A DNA stretch of 30,719 nucleotides from Opitutales bacterium (lineage in GTDB: Bacteria; Verrucomicrobiota; Verrucomicrobiia; Opitutales; JABDGR01), in assembly GCA_035485355.1 (NCBI GenBank), contig DATHOB010000272.1:1-30719 (forward strand), read 5' to 3'. The notes beneath the pieces were generated by a model. The model did no database searches. It saw only the letters and a program-made list of their open reading frames with translations, and was not told where the DNA came from. Below are positions 9,335 through 18,263 of the stretch, one piece after another (the first letter of the stretch is position 1; every line of letters begins with the position of its first letter). A program made the position numbers and the translations under genes.

Positions 9335-9381
9335 GGCCGTTCTGGGAATCATAAAAGATTCCTGGAGCGGCCTGTTTTTTT
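9335..9381 (+). terminator. Intrinsic terminator after glutamine synthetase
   Basis: GGCCGTTCTGGGAATC-ATAAAA-GATTCCTGGAGCGGCC stem followed by TGTTTTTTT. Confidence 0.8.
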
Positions 9382-9486
9382 GCGTGACTAGAAACTGACC
9401 AGCAGAAAAAACGGCGCTGGAAAGATGCCTCTTATTTGCTCCGCCAAACCAACCCTCCCAGCTAAAAGCAACTTGCCTTTTGTAGT

Positions 9487-10353
9487 TTAGCTCAACTCAG
9501 CGACTTGCGGTGTCTTTTTGAAACGGCGATAACCCGCGAGCGCAAGCACGACCAAGCCGCCGGCGAGCGCCGTGGTGGCGGGCTCGGGAATAGCGGCGAC
9601 GTTGTCCCAGTCCACCGAGTAACTGCCAGCCTGGCCGAAATTGTAGCCTTGAATCATGCCGCGGATGAGGTCGTCGCCCTGGGTGGTGGATTCGGTGTAG
9701 ACTTCCGAACCGTCGAGGTAAAAGCCGTAGAGATTGTTGCTGTAGGTTATCGCCAGGGTATGCCACGCATCAAAGGAGAAATTAGTCGGCATGACCAAGT
9801 CAACCCAGCCCAGATTATCGTCGAAAACCCGGAAGGTAAACGCGCGATCCGAAGCTGCTGCATTAAACATGTCGGTCGGGCTGGCATTGGTGAAGCCAAT
9901 GATGGGAAAATCACCGCCGTTGGGATCGGTGCCGGTCTGGCCCCAGAGATCGCTGCGGATGATTTCGCCGGTCGTAGTGTCGAATGACGAGGAGATGTAC
10001 GCCTCAGCCGAGAGCGACCAATCGCCGTTGCCGGTGATGTTGGCAAACCGCATTTCCCCCTGGGTATTGTAGAAGGCGCCGGTGAAATCGAAGCCATCGT
10101 TGGCCCCATCGGGCCGGTTGGCCGCGCTGTCGGCCTCGTCGATGGTAAGCTGCAGGCGGTTATCGCCGTCGAAAAACACGGAATTGAATCCCGCTGGAGC
10201 GTAGCGGTTGAGAACCCAGTCGGGGCTGATGGTGTCGAAAGTATCAATGATCTGGGCTGAAGCCACTCCCGAGAGTGTAATAAGGGCAAAAGCGGCGAGA
10301 ATGGAGGCCCCGAAGCGGGAACTGCGGATTTTTGAGAAAAAGGAGATTGGCAT
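9487..10353 (-). CDS. PEP-CTERM sorting-domain surface protein
   Basis: N-terminal signal peptide; C-terminal IPEPATTALAGGLVVLALAGYRRFKK (PEP, TM helix, basic tail). Confidence 0.88.
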   Translation of the reverse strand: MPISFFSKIRSSRFGASILAAFALITLSGVASAQIIDTFDTISPDWVLNRYAPAGFNSVFFDGDNRLQLTIDEADSAANRPDGANDGFDFTGAFYNTQGEMRFANITGNGDWSLSAEAYISSSFDTTTGEIIRSDLWGQTGTDPNGGDFPIIGFTNASPTDMFNAAASDRAFTFRVFDDNLGWVDLVMPTNFSFDAWHTLAITYSNNLYGFYLDGSEVYTESTTQGDDLIRGMIQGYNFGQAGSYSVDWDNVAAIPEPATTALAGGLVVLALAGYRRFKKTPQVAELS

Positions 10354-10649
10354 AATTGGTTGTTGGAAAAGAAAGTGATTAAAACGTCAGATATTCTTCA
10401 CCGTAACGGATCAGCATGGCGGAAATACTCAAATCAAGCGAACGTTTGTTCCAGTTTGGCCCACACGGAGCCGTGTTAGTAGCGCAGGTTATGCAACTGG
10501 CCGAACTAACGCACCATCCGTGACCTTGAAATTAACCCCTAAGCGAGCGAATTGAGCGACGACTTGAGTCGACATTCCACAGGGCGCTAGCCCCCAGCGT
10601 TGAGTAAACGCAGAACCTACTCCATGCGGTCGCTCGCGTCGGTGGAAGG

Positions 10650-11234
10650 TTACGCTCGCAGGGCTCCGACGTAGCGGTAGGTGTTTATGACAATTCCCGT
10701 GGACATCGCCTTCGTGCTGACGAGAGCGAGTTCGCGCGGGCTGGCCTGATCTGAATAGAAGTGTTTGCCCCGCCCGAGCAAGAGTGGGTAGACGAGCAGC
10801 ACCACCTCATCGACCAAGTCCTGCTCGATCAGCAAAGTCGTCAGTGTCGCGCTGCCCCAAACGATTAGGTCTTGGTCGCCCGTGGCTTTGACGCGGCGCA
10901 CTCCTTCTACGATGTCAGGGCCGAGGGACTCGACCGGCCCCCAGCCGAGGCTCTCGGGCCGGTGGGTGGCGACAAATTTTGTCGCGGCGTTCAGGCCGTC
11001 CGCGATCGGGCTGCTCTCGGCCTTCGGCCAATAACGCGACCAGAGATCGTAGGTGCGGCGGCCCAGCAGTAGATCGAAGCCGCTGCCCTGCGCCGCGGCG
11101 ACGGCGTCTCTCCCAGCGGGGCTTCGATACGGGGCCATCCATCCGCCATTCGCGAAGTCGCTGTCGTCGTTCGGCGCTCCGGGTTGGATGACGCCGTCCA
11201 GCGAGACATGTTCGAAAATCCTGATTTTTCTCAT
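10650..11234 (-). CDS. Dihydrofolate reductase family (RibD C-terminal domain) protein
   Basis: MRKIRIFEHVSLDGVIQ..., LLLGRRTYD, VWGSATL, LVDEVVLLVYPLLLGRGK. TTA at 10650-10652 and CAT at 11232-11234 show it is on the minus strand; the ORF track strand label is wrong. Confidence 0.9.
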   Translation of the reverse strand: MRKIRIFEHVSLDGVIQPGAPNDDSDFANGGWMAPYRSPAGRDAVAAAQGSGFDLLLGRRTYDLWSRYWPKAESSPIADGLNAATKFVATHRPESLGWGPVESLGPDIVEGVRRVKATGDQDLIVWGSATLTTLLIEQDLVDEVVLLVYPLLLGRGKHFYSDQASPRELALVSTKAMSTGIVINTYRYVGALRA

Positions 11235-11331
11235 TTTGGGTCTTCCATTAAAAACTCTCCGCCCAAACTCGGCAAACCCAAAGCCATGAAAAAATAATTT
11301 CCGATCCATGATCATTTCACAGCGCGGGTGT

Positions 11332-12672
11332 TTACGGTTGTTCGGCGGTGATGTGCTCGGCTTCCCAGGCGGTAAAATCATTATTCGGGGAGGTGGCGGA
11401 TTCAACATGGCCATCGACAAAAGCGTAAACGCGGCACCATTGGCCATCGGGCAGTTGGAAGGCGCTTTCGGTAAGCAGCACGTTGCGGTCCGGATGCTTG
11501 ATCATTGCCATGACCGAACCATCGCTAAAAGCATGAATCGCTTCCAACTTGACCACTTGATTGGGATTCAAGTTGGCCGCTGTGGTATTGGCCCAGTCCT
11601 TCATGTTTTTGGGAGAAGTGAAAGGGTTGTCCTCGCTGCCTTTATTTATTTCATCAAGCAGGGATGCAACCAATGCCTTCATCACTTCTTCATGGGGAGC
11701 GATGATAGCGGCGGCATCCATTTGAGTCGCGGCTGGCCCAGCCAACGTGGTTGATGCCGGAACTGATGCAGTGGCTGCGATTGGCTTGGTGGTAGTTGAA
11801 GCAGTGGCAGTCGTCGGCTTGGCCAATAATTCAACTGGATTTGCGGAGGGCCTGGAGGCCGCGACCACAGTGGTATTCGCCTTCGGCTTCTCTTGAGTTG
11901 CTTGGTTATCCGCCCAAGGATGAAGTTCGAGGACGGAGATCAACGCGACAAGAACAATAATGGCTAGGCCGATTTTGATTTTGGTTTGGCTCATAAAAAT
12001 TAGAAATTTAAGCAAAGCGAGGCTGCCACCGGCCGCTGCCGCGACTTGGGCCGCGGCGGAAATTTTGCCCGCCAAATAAGTCGGGGCGGGGTGAATGGCG
12101 TGTTGGGAAAGCATGGGAACCAGCACGAGGGCTGGCACGGCGACACCGTTTTTTGAAAAATATTCGCGAAGCTTTTCCAATGCGCGATGCACGCGTTTTT
12201 GCGCGGCATCGTCGGACAGGCCGAGACTCGCGCCAATATCCCGCAGGCTGCGTCCCGCGAAAAAACGTTCAACGACGAGATTCTGCTCGGCCTCATCCAG
12301 CTGGGCCATGCCTTCATCCAGCAGTGGGGCAATGTGTTCCCAGGCGGCGTGGGAATTCTGGAATATTTCGGAGAGTTGCATGGCGGCGGTTTCGTTGTGG
12401 CGACGGCGTTTTTCAGTGCGTAGGGCGTTATAGGCAGTATGGCAGGTGATACGGTACAGCCAGCCGGGGAGGGCGTTGCCGTCGCGCAGGGTGGGCGCGC
12501 GGTGGGCGAGCTGGATGAAAACGTTCTGCGCCACGTCTTCGGCCAAGGCGGGTTGGCGGGTAATGCGCACGGCCGTCGAGTAAACGAGGGGGAGGTGCCG
12601 GTTCACCAACTCGGTGAAAGCCGCCTGGGACCGATGGGTCAGGTAGCTCTCCAGTAGGGCGCGGTCGTCCAT
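11332..12672 (-). CDS. ECF sigma-70 factor with C-terminal TM helix and extracytoplasmic extension (copy 1)
   Basis: sigma2 AAFTELVNRHLPLVYSTA...AEDVAQNVF...GWLYRIT; sigma4 RSLRDIGASLGLSDDAAQKRVHRALEKLR; TM IGLAIIVLVALISVL; C-terminal YAFVDGHVE. Start placed at MDDR (12672). Confidence 0.9.
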   Translation of the reverse strand: MDDRALLESYLTHRSQAAFTELVNRHLPLVYSTAVRITRQPALAEDVAQNVFIQLAHRAPTLRDGNALPGWLYRITCHTAYNALRTEKRRRHNETAAMQLSEIFQNSHAAWEHIAPLLDEGMAQLDEAEQNLVVERFFAGRSLRDIGASLGLSDDAAQKRVHRALEKLREYFSKNGVAVPALVLVPMLSQHAIHPAPTYLAGKISAAAQVAAAAGGSLALLKFLIFMSQTKIKIGLAIIVLVALISVLELHPWADNQATQEKPKANTTVVAASRPSANPVELLAKPTTATASTTTKPIAATASVPASTTLAGPAATQMDAAAIIAPHEEVMKALVASLLDEINKGSEDNPFTSPKNMKDWANTTAANLNPNQVVKLEAIHAFSDGSVMAMIKHPDRNVLLTESAFQLPDGQWCRVYAFVDGHVESATSPNNDFTAWEAEHITAEQP

Positions 12673-12679
12673 GACAGCC

Positions 12680-12711
12680 ATTATAACTATACTGACACCG
12701 GCCAAAGACAA
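12680..12711 (-). promoter_or_regulatory. TTGTC-N21-TATAAT motif upstream of ECF copy 1
   Basis: The same bipartite motif precedes all three ECF genes in the window. Confidence 0.5.
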
Positions 12712-12899
12712 ATTCCGACGAGCCACCTGTTTATTATTCGCAACCGCGGTGCGTCCGCCTGCCAAATAAATTATCGAACTCTATTTAAAAATCATCCGAC
12801 TTTGCCCCTCAACTTCAATGGTTCTGGTGGCCTTATTCCATTCCGGTAGGGATAAACCCCATTGGAATATGCACCGCAAAGATGTAAATTAACCGCATC

Positions 12900-13361
12900 A
12901 TGAAACGCTCCCAGCTACTTCTTTCCTTACTCATTGCGGCTTTGTTCGTCGGTTGCGACAAATCCTCCTCCAGCAGCAGCGACGCTACGGCGGCCCAGCA
13001 ACTGGATCAGGCCAAAGCGGACACCAAGCAGGCGGCGCAAGACATGAAGGACTATACTTACGCGCAAAAGGACGCCTTTATCGCAAAAATGCAGGCGGAG
13101 CTGGACGAGCTGAATGCGGAACTTGCCCAGCTCTCCGCGAAAATTGCCCACGCCAGTGACGCGGCCAAGGCTGCGGCCCAACCGAAAATCGACGCCTTAA
13201 AGGCGCAGGTGGCCGATCTGGGTGCGCAACTGGATCAGGTCAAAAGCTCCACGGAATCGACTTGGGACAAGGTCAAAGACGGCGCGCAAAAAGCCTATGA
13301 CTCCACTGTGCAAGCATTCAAAGACGCCGGCGCGTGGATTGATAAACAGGTCAATTCCTGA
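12900..13361 (+). CDS. Coiled-coil lipoprotein of unknown function
   Basis: Lipobox LFVG-C, Ser linker, amphipathic heptads, STESTWDKVKDGAQKAYD segment. Confidence 0.75.
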   Translation: MKRSQLLLSLLIAALFVGCDKSSSSSSDATAAQQLDQAKADTKQAAQDMKDYTYAQKDAFIAKMQAELDELNAELAQLSAKIAHASDAAKAAAQPKIDALKAQVADLGAQLDQVKSSTESTWDKVKDGAQKAYDSTVQAFKDAGAWIDKQVNS

Positions 13362-13382
13362 GGTGCGGAAGTTGCGGGGGGC

Positions 13383-13650
13383 ATTGAGGTAGCGCGGTGG
13401 TTATGTCCACATTTTGTCATCTTTGTTTCCGTGTCTTGCATGTTGGTCTCGCGTAGCGAGACGCTGATAATAGCCGTGGGCTTTAGCCCACGGTATGGAG
13501 GTTGAAGTTTCACCGCGTCACGTAGTGACGCTTGAAGTTAGGCAACCAAGCCAACCTCAAGCGTCGCTACGCGACAATACAACGAGCCGCGCACAATTGC
13601 AGGTGGCAAATAGGGGAATAGCGCGGGCTAAAGCACCGCGCTACCCCAAT
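13383..13650. repeat. Nested cluster of REP-like palindromes
   Basis: Outer 17-bp inverted repeat ATTGAGGTAGCGCGGTG / CACCGCGCTACCCCAAT. Inner hairpins GTCTCGCGTAGCGAGAC (13446-13462), CCGTGGGCTTTAGCCCACGG (13474-13493), and inverted repeat 13517-13539 / 13553-13575. Confidence 0.85.
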
Positions 13651-13702
13651 CTCGTCTCTCCAATGATGGTTGGGCACAGTGGCAATTTGCCTTGGCCCCA
13701 GC

Positions 13703-13779
13703 GTAAGGAAGAATTAAGCTGCGTGGCTCGGGCTATTCCCGTAGTGCCGGGGCACTGCTTAATTCTTACTTCTTAATTC
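13703..13779. repeat. Short inverted heptamer-array element directly before miaB
   Basis: GAATTAAGC (13711-13719) pairs with GCTTAATTC (13757-13765); TTAATTC-TTACTTC-TTAATTC tandem at 13759-13779. Confidence 0.6.
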
Positions 13780-13781
13780 GT

Positions 13782-15161
13782 TTGAACCGCGTCCACCTCA
13801 AGACGTATGGCTGCCAGATGAACGAGCGCGACTCGGAAGCGGTCGCGTCGCTCCTGCGTGGCCGCGGCTACGCGATGGTGGAGGACGAGGCGGAGGCGGA
13901 CATCGTCCTGCTCAACACCTGCGCGGTGCGCGACTTGGCGGAGCAGAAGGCCATTGGCAAGGCGGCCCATTTGATGAAGCGCAAGCGGCGCAACCCGCGC
14001 TTCCTCGTCGGCGTCCTCGGCTGCATGGCGCAGAACCGCGGCGTGGATTTACTCGACCGGCTCCCGGATTTGGACTTGCTCGTCGGCACGCAGAAATTTC
14101 ACCGCGTGCCGGACATGCTCGATAATCTGCGCGCCACCATCCAGGGCCAGGGCCCGCAGCCCGCGACGTTGGTGGACCTCGACATCGAGGCCGGTTCGCA
14201 AAACGAAATCCGCGGACATTTTAATCCCGCGGCAATTGAGAGTGGGGCGGAGCAGCCCGACGCTCCGCAAGTATCGGCCTATGTTTCCATCATGCAGGGG
14301 TGCAACATGCACTGCACGTTTTGCATCGTGCCGAAAACCCGCGGCGAGGAACGCTCGCGCCCGCTGGACGACATTGTGCGCGAGGCCGAGGAACTCGTCG
14401 CCCATGGCACGCGCGAAATCACTTTGCTCGGGCAAATTGTGACGAGTTATGGGCGGCGCGAGTTTCCCATGGTCGGGGGCAAGACGCCGTTTGTGCAATT
14501 GCTCGAACGGCTGCACAATTTACCGGATTTGCAACGCATCCGCTTCACCTCGCCCCACCCGAGCGGGTTCAAGGCGGACTTGATTGCGGCGTATCGCGAT
14601 TTGCCCAAGCTCGGCGAATACGTGCACCTGCCCATGCAGAGCGGGTCGGACCGCATTCTGCGCGCGATGAATCGGCCCTATACCAGTGATTCGTATCGGC
14701 GGCTCATCGCGCAGCTCCGCGCGGCGCAGCCGCAAATGTGGTTTTCGACGGACATCATCGTCGGCTTCCCCGGCGAAACGGACGAGGACTTTGCCGCCAC
14801 GCGGGAGTTGTTTACGGAATGCGGTTTCGAGATGGGCTACCTGTTTAAATATTCGACGCGCACCGGCACGCCCGCGGCGGAAATGCCCGGCCAGGTGCCC
14901 GTGGAAGTGGCCGAGGCGCGGCATCGGGAATTGATGGCGATTTTGGAAAAACGTTCGCTGGCGCGGCACGAGGCGCTCGTCGGCACCACGCAGGAAGTCC
15001 TCGCCCAGGAACCCGCGCAGCGTCCGCCCGGCCGGTTGCTGGGGCGCACGCGCGGTTACCGCAAAGTGTTTTTCGACGCTTCGGTGGAAACGCTGGGCGA
15101 ACTGGTTTCCGTGCGCATCACGCGGGCGACGGTCGCGGCACTCGAAGGCGAGTTGGTGTGA
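13782..15161 (+). CDS. miaB: tRNA-2-methylthio-N6-dimethylallyladenosine synthase
   Basis: TYGCQMNERDSE, NTCAVR, radical SAM motif CNMHCTFC, HLPMQSGSDRIL, TDIIVGFPGET, C-terminal TRAM domain; TTG start. Confidence 0.95.
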   Translation: MNRVHLKTYGCQMNERDSEAVASLLRGRGYAMVEDEAEADIVLLNTCAVRDLAEQKAIGKAAHLMKRKRRNPRFLVGVLGCMAQNRGVDLLDRLPDLDLLVGTQKFHRVPDMLDNLRATIQGQGPQPATLVDLDIEAGSQNEIRGHFNPAAIESGAEQPDAPQVSAYVSIMQGCNMHCTFCIVPKTRGEERSRPLDDIVREAEELVAHGTREITLLGQIVTSYGRREFPMVGGKTPFVQLLERLHNLPDLQRIRFTSPHPSGFKADLIAAYRDLPKLGEYVHLPMQSGSDRILRAMNRPYTSDSYRRLIAQLRAAQPQMWFSTDIIVGFPGETDEDFAATRELFTECGFEMGYLFKYSTRTGTPAAEMPGQVPVEVAEARHRELMAILEKRSLARHEALVGTTQEVLAQEPAQRPPGRLLGRTRGYRKVFFDASVETLGELVSVRITRATVAALEGELV

Positions 15162-15166
15162 ATGGG

Positions 15167-15183
15167 ATTGGCGTAGCGCGGCG
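15167..15183. repeat. Left half of the GTAGCGCGG REP-like palindrome
   Basis: ATTGGCGTAGCGCGGCG matches the arms at 13383 and 13634 with 2-3 mismatches. Confidence 0.55.
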
Positions 15184-15352
15184 GCTACACTCCCTTTTTC
15201 CCACTTGCATTTAGCGATTAATATAAGGGCATTTGCGAAAGAAAGGAGAGTTTTGCGTATGCTGATCGGCCAGTGGTAGGAAAACCGTAGGAGACCATCA
15301 AGCCCGTTGCGTCCTGTACTGATCCTGATTTCCATTATTTTATTCGGTAGTG

Positions 15353-15952
15353 TCAGTTTGCTTTCAGTTTTGCCGCGATGCCCGCGACGTGCTTGCCCTG
15401 AAAACGGGCCATCGTCAGTTCCTTGGCGCTAGGCAGGCGAGAACCATCAGGACCTGCGATTGTTCCAGCTCCGTAGGGGCTGCCCCCGCGCACTTCGCTA
15501 ACATCCATCATCTCCGGAATGGCGTAAGGCAGACCCGCGTAAATCATGCCATGATGCAGCAAAGTGGGGATGAAGGTGAGAATAGTTGACTCATTTCCAC
15601 CACCTGTGCCGGTGCTGGTAAAAACGCTGCCAACTTTTCCAACGAGGGCGCCCTTGAGCCACAAGCTTCCCGTCCGGTCGAGAAAGTTCCGCATCTGTCC
15701 GGCCATGTTCCCGAATCTTGTGGGAGTGCCAAAGATGATGGCATCGTATTGCGGAAGTTCATCCGGCGTTGCAAACGGTGCCTCCTGCTCAAGCTTCGCC
15801 CCGTATTGCTTGGCCACTTCGGGCGACATCGTATCGGGAACGCGTTTTATCACCACATCGGCATTCGCAGAGCGAGCGCCTTCGGCAACAGCCTTGGCCA
15901 TGATCTCAATATGGCCATACATTGAGTAATAGAGAATGAGCAAGTTTGGCAT
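15353..15952 (-). CDS. wrbA: NAD(P)H:quinone oxidoreductase, WrbA flavodoxin-like
   Basis: [45 protein letters not shown]. Confidence 0.95.
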   Translation of the reverse strand: MPNLLILYYSMYGHIEIMAKAVAEGARSANADVVIKRVPDTMSPEVAKQYGAKLEQEAPFATPDELPQYDAIIFGTPTRFGNMAGQMRNFLDRTGSLWLKGALVGKVGSVFTSTGTGGGNESTILTFIPTLLHHGMIYAGLPYAIPEMMDVSEVRGGSPYGAGTIAGPDGSRLPSAKELTMARFQGKHVAGIAAKLKAN

Positions 15953-15974
15953 GTTTTTGTGCTCCTTTTGAACG

Positions 15975-16406
15975 TTAATCTTTTTGCACCAAATCTTTCA
16001 CGCCGTTGGGAAACATTGCGCGGGCGACTTCCACGGTGTCACAAAATTCCCGCAAGAGCTTTATCTTTCCGTTTTCTGCAATAAGCCGCCCTCCATAGAG
16101 CTGCCGGTAGCGGCGGCCGGTTTTTTTAATCACGGCGTCCACCTCGTATTCACCGGAGACGTGATTTTCGTCTTCACCCGGGAAGATTTTGATGTTCTTA
16201 AACTTAAAATTCTCCGCGCCGTCCATGACGGGGGCAAAAAACCGCCGCAAAGCCTCTTTCCCCTGATAGCGGATCGGAAGGTTGACCGACCCGAAATAGG
16301 GAAATTCAATTCCGCCATCGTCCGCGAATAACGCTATCGCCCTTTCCGTTTCGCCCGCGGAAATGGCCGCGAGGTAGGTTTCGAGGAGTTGCTTGGCGGT
16401 TTTCAT
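15975..16406 (-). CDS. SnoaL/NTF2-like protein
   Basis: [37 protein letters not shown] pattern; co-directional with wrbA. Confidence 0.82.
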   Translation of the reverse strand: MKTAKQLLETYLAAISAGETERAIALFADDGGIEFPYFGSVNLPIRYQGKEALRRFFAPVMDGAENFKFKNIKIFPGEDENHVSGEYEVDAVIKKTGRRYRQLYGGRLIAENGKIKLLREFCDTVEVARAMFPNGVKDLVQKD

Positions 16407-16466
16407 GTTTTCAAGTCTTTCGATTGTGGGTTGAATTTCTCCCGGCGATCAATGGGGTTTGCCGGG

Positions 16467-16679
16467 TCATCTTTTTCTTCTTTTGCCAGATCGTTGTTCG
16501 CGGTCCAGATTCGCGGTTTCCAACACCTCGCGTTCGGCCAGAAACCAATGGTGTTCGTGATCGCCATGCCCGCCGCCGCTCTCAAGCCAGATGTGGTATG
16601 CGCGCTCCTCAATCATCTGGCGCAAGACCGCATCCGGGTGGTTACGGATGTTCTGGCTTGCATCAGTGTTGGTGTTCAT
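16467..16679 (-). CDS. DUF2934-family small protein
   Basis: IEERAYHIWLESGGGHGDHEHHWFLAEREV matches the I-x-x-RAY-x-IW...W-x-x-AE pattern. Confidence 0.75.
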   Translation of the reverse strand: MNTNTDASQNIRNHPDAVLRQMIEERAYHIWLESGGGHGDHEHHWFLAEREVLETANLDREQRSGKRRKR

Positions 16680-16806
16680 TTGGCTCCGCCTTCGTCAGGT
16701 CCGTTCACGCTGCCGACTTTGCGGAATATATCACAAAGAGCCGCTGGATGGCTAATGCCATGTTTTTGGTGTTGCTCATACTTTTAGTAATGTCTATGCC
16801 GGGTTC

Positions 16807-17712
16807 ATGGAACTCCGCCACTTAAGATATTTTGCTGCCGTGGCCGCGCTGGGAAGTTTTAGCCGGGCGGCAAAGCAATTGCACCTGACGCAACCGGCCT
16901 TGAGCCGCCAGGTAAAAAGTCTGGAAGACGAAATCGGAGTCGCACTTATCGCTCGCGGCCAAAACACCATTTCCCTGACTTCGGCAGGGGAAAGCTTCTA
17001 CGAAGAAGCGAAAGATATTCTCGCTCGGGTGGATGTCGCGGTTCGGAGAATCAAAACCCGCCAGGAGGGGGAGATGCTGCGGGTTGGGTATGTTCATTCC
17101 CTCACTGCCGGAATCATGCCACGGATCGTTGAGCGCTTCCAGTCTTACAACAAGGATGTTTTTCTTGAGCTTTCCGATCTCACGACCGAGACGATGTGGC
17201 AAAGAGCCGCCGCCGAACAAATTGACATCGCGATCCTTCCCAAGAGCTTGGAAGCGCGGTTCCAAGGGTTCCAGTGGGTGGAATTGCAACGGCTCGCGCC
17301 CATGCTTGTGGTCTCTAAAAGAAACCCGCTCGCGAAATTGACCAAGATTCATCCCAAAAAGCTCCGCGACAAGATGTTGCTCGGCTTGGGCGCGGACAAA
17401 TATCCAGAATATGTTCCGCGACTTAAAGCCATTCTCGAACCATTTGGCGTTAAGCCACAATTACGCAATCACACTTCAGAAGACATCGCCGCGCTGTTCA
17501 TCGCCATTGAGGCACAGGCAGGAATGGCGGTCTTGACCGAGGGCATTTTCCCCATGCTTCCCGCAACCCTCACAGCGCGTCGGTTCGCGCCCGAGTTAGC
17601 TCCGCTCCTGATTGCGGCGGGGATACCAACGCTCCGGCCCAACCCGCATTCCGACGCCTTCCTGAAAATCCTGTTGGAGGAAATAAACACATTCTCCCGT
17701 CGCAAAAAATAG
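16807..17712 (+). CDS. LysR-family transcriptional regulator
   Basis: MELRHLRYFAAVA...SFSRAAKQLHLTQPALSRQVKSLEDEIG HTH plus substrate-binding domain. Confidence 0.95.
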   Translation: MELRHLRYFAAVAALGSFSRAAKQLHLTQPALSRQVKSLEDEIGVALIARGQNTISLTSAGESFYEEAKDILARVDVAVRRIKTRQEGEMLRVGYVHSLTAGIMPRIVERFQSYNKDVFLELSDLTTETMWQRAAAEQIDIAILPKSLEARFQGFQWVELQRLAPMLVVSKRNPLAKLTKIHPKKLRDKMLLGLGADKYPEYVPRLKAILEPFGVKPQLRNHTSEDIAALFIAIEAQAGMAVLTEGIFPMLPATLTARRFAPELAPLLIAAGIPTLRPNPHSDAFLKILLEEINTFSRRKK

Positions 17713-17771
17713 CAGGTTGACCGAGGTTCATATATTCAACAATCCAATGGATAACGAAGGAGAGAAACCAT

Positions 17772-18149
17772 ATGATTGATCACATTATTTTGACCGTGAG
17801 CGACGTGGAGCGCTCACTTAAGTTCTATACGGCTGCACTCAAGCCTCTGAAAATAAAAATGTTCATGCCTTACAAAGGCACCGCTGGACATCCGGATCTA
17901 TGGGGTTTTGGTGATGGCCAAAAGGCTTTTTTCTGGCTGAAACAGGGTAAGCCTGATCCAGCCTCAATCCACTGGGGCTTCAAGGCAGAAAACAATAAAG
18001 CGGTGGACGCCTTCTATAAGGCTGCAATTGCTGCGGGCGCAAAGGACAATATCTCGCCTCGTGCTCGTCTGGAATATTATCCCGGCTATTACGCGGCGGA
18101 TGTCTTTGATCCAGATGGCTACACTTTTGAAGTGGTTCACAAAGGCTAG
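17772..18149 (+). CDS. VOC/glyoxalase family protein
   Basis: MIDHIILTVSDVERSLKFY, HWGFKA, YYAADVFDPDGYTFEVV. Confidence 0.9.
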   Translation: MIDHIILTVSDVERSLKFYTAALKPLKIKMFMPYKGTAGHPDLWGFGDGQKAFFWLKQGKPDPASIHWGFKAENNKAVDAFYKAAIAAGAKDNISPRARLEYYPGYYAADVFDPDGYTFEVVHKG

Positions 18150-18155
18150 TAACTA

Positions 18156-18176
18156 GGTGCTTTAGCACCGCGCTAC
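18156..18176. repeat. Right part of the GTAGCGCGG REP-like palindrome
   Basis: GGTGCTTTAGCACCGCGCTAC; same family as TAGCGCGGGCTAAAGCACCGCGCTA at 13619-13643. Confidence 0.65.
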
Positions 18177-18214
18177 ACCGGAATATCCACACGGATTGAG
18201 CAGCCGACAATTTC

Positions 18215-18245
18215 TTGTCCGCTTTCAAATTGGGCGGTGTATAAT
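18215..18245 (+). promoter_or_regulatory. TTGTC-N20-TATAAT motif upstream of ECF copy 2
   Basis: Shared by all three ECF genes. Confidence 0.5.
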
Positions 18246-18263
18246 GGGTAAACCGTTCCACCG

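Noticed and set aside
10530-10655. attC-like site downstream of the DHFR-like gene (TAACC...GCGAGCGA / TCGCTCGC...GGTTA)
   Set aside because: The ends do not fit RYYYAAC/GTTRRRY, the spacers are asymmetric, there is no second copy and no integrase.
10650-11447. ORF track entry labelled + strand, 265 aa
   Set aside because: The sequence has TTA at 10650 and CAT at 11445-11447, so the ORF is on the minus strand. The family-typical start is MRKI at 11234, and the extension overlaps the ECF gene end.
15240-15350. AAAGGAG followed by ATG CTG ATC GGC CAG TGG TAG and a hydrophobic reading frame
   Set aside because: Only 6 codons precede the stop. It could be a gene remnant, but there is no recognisable homology.
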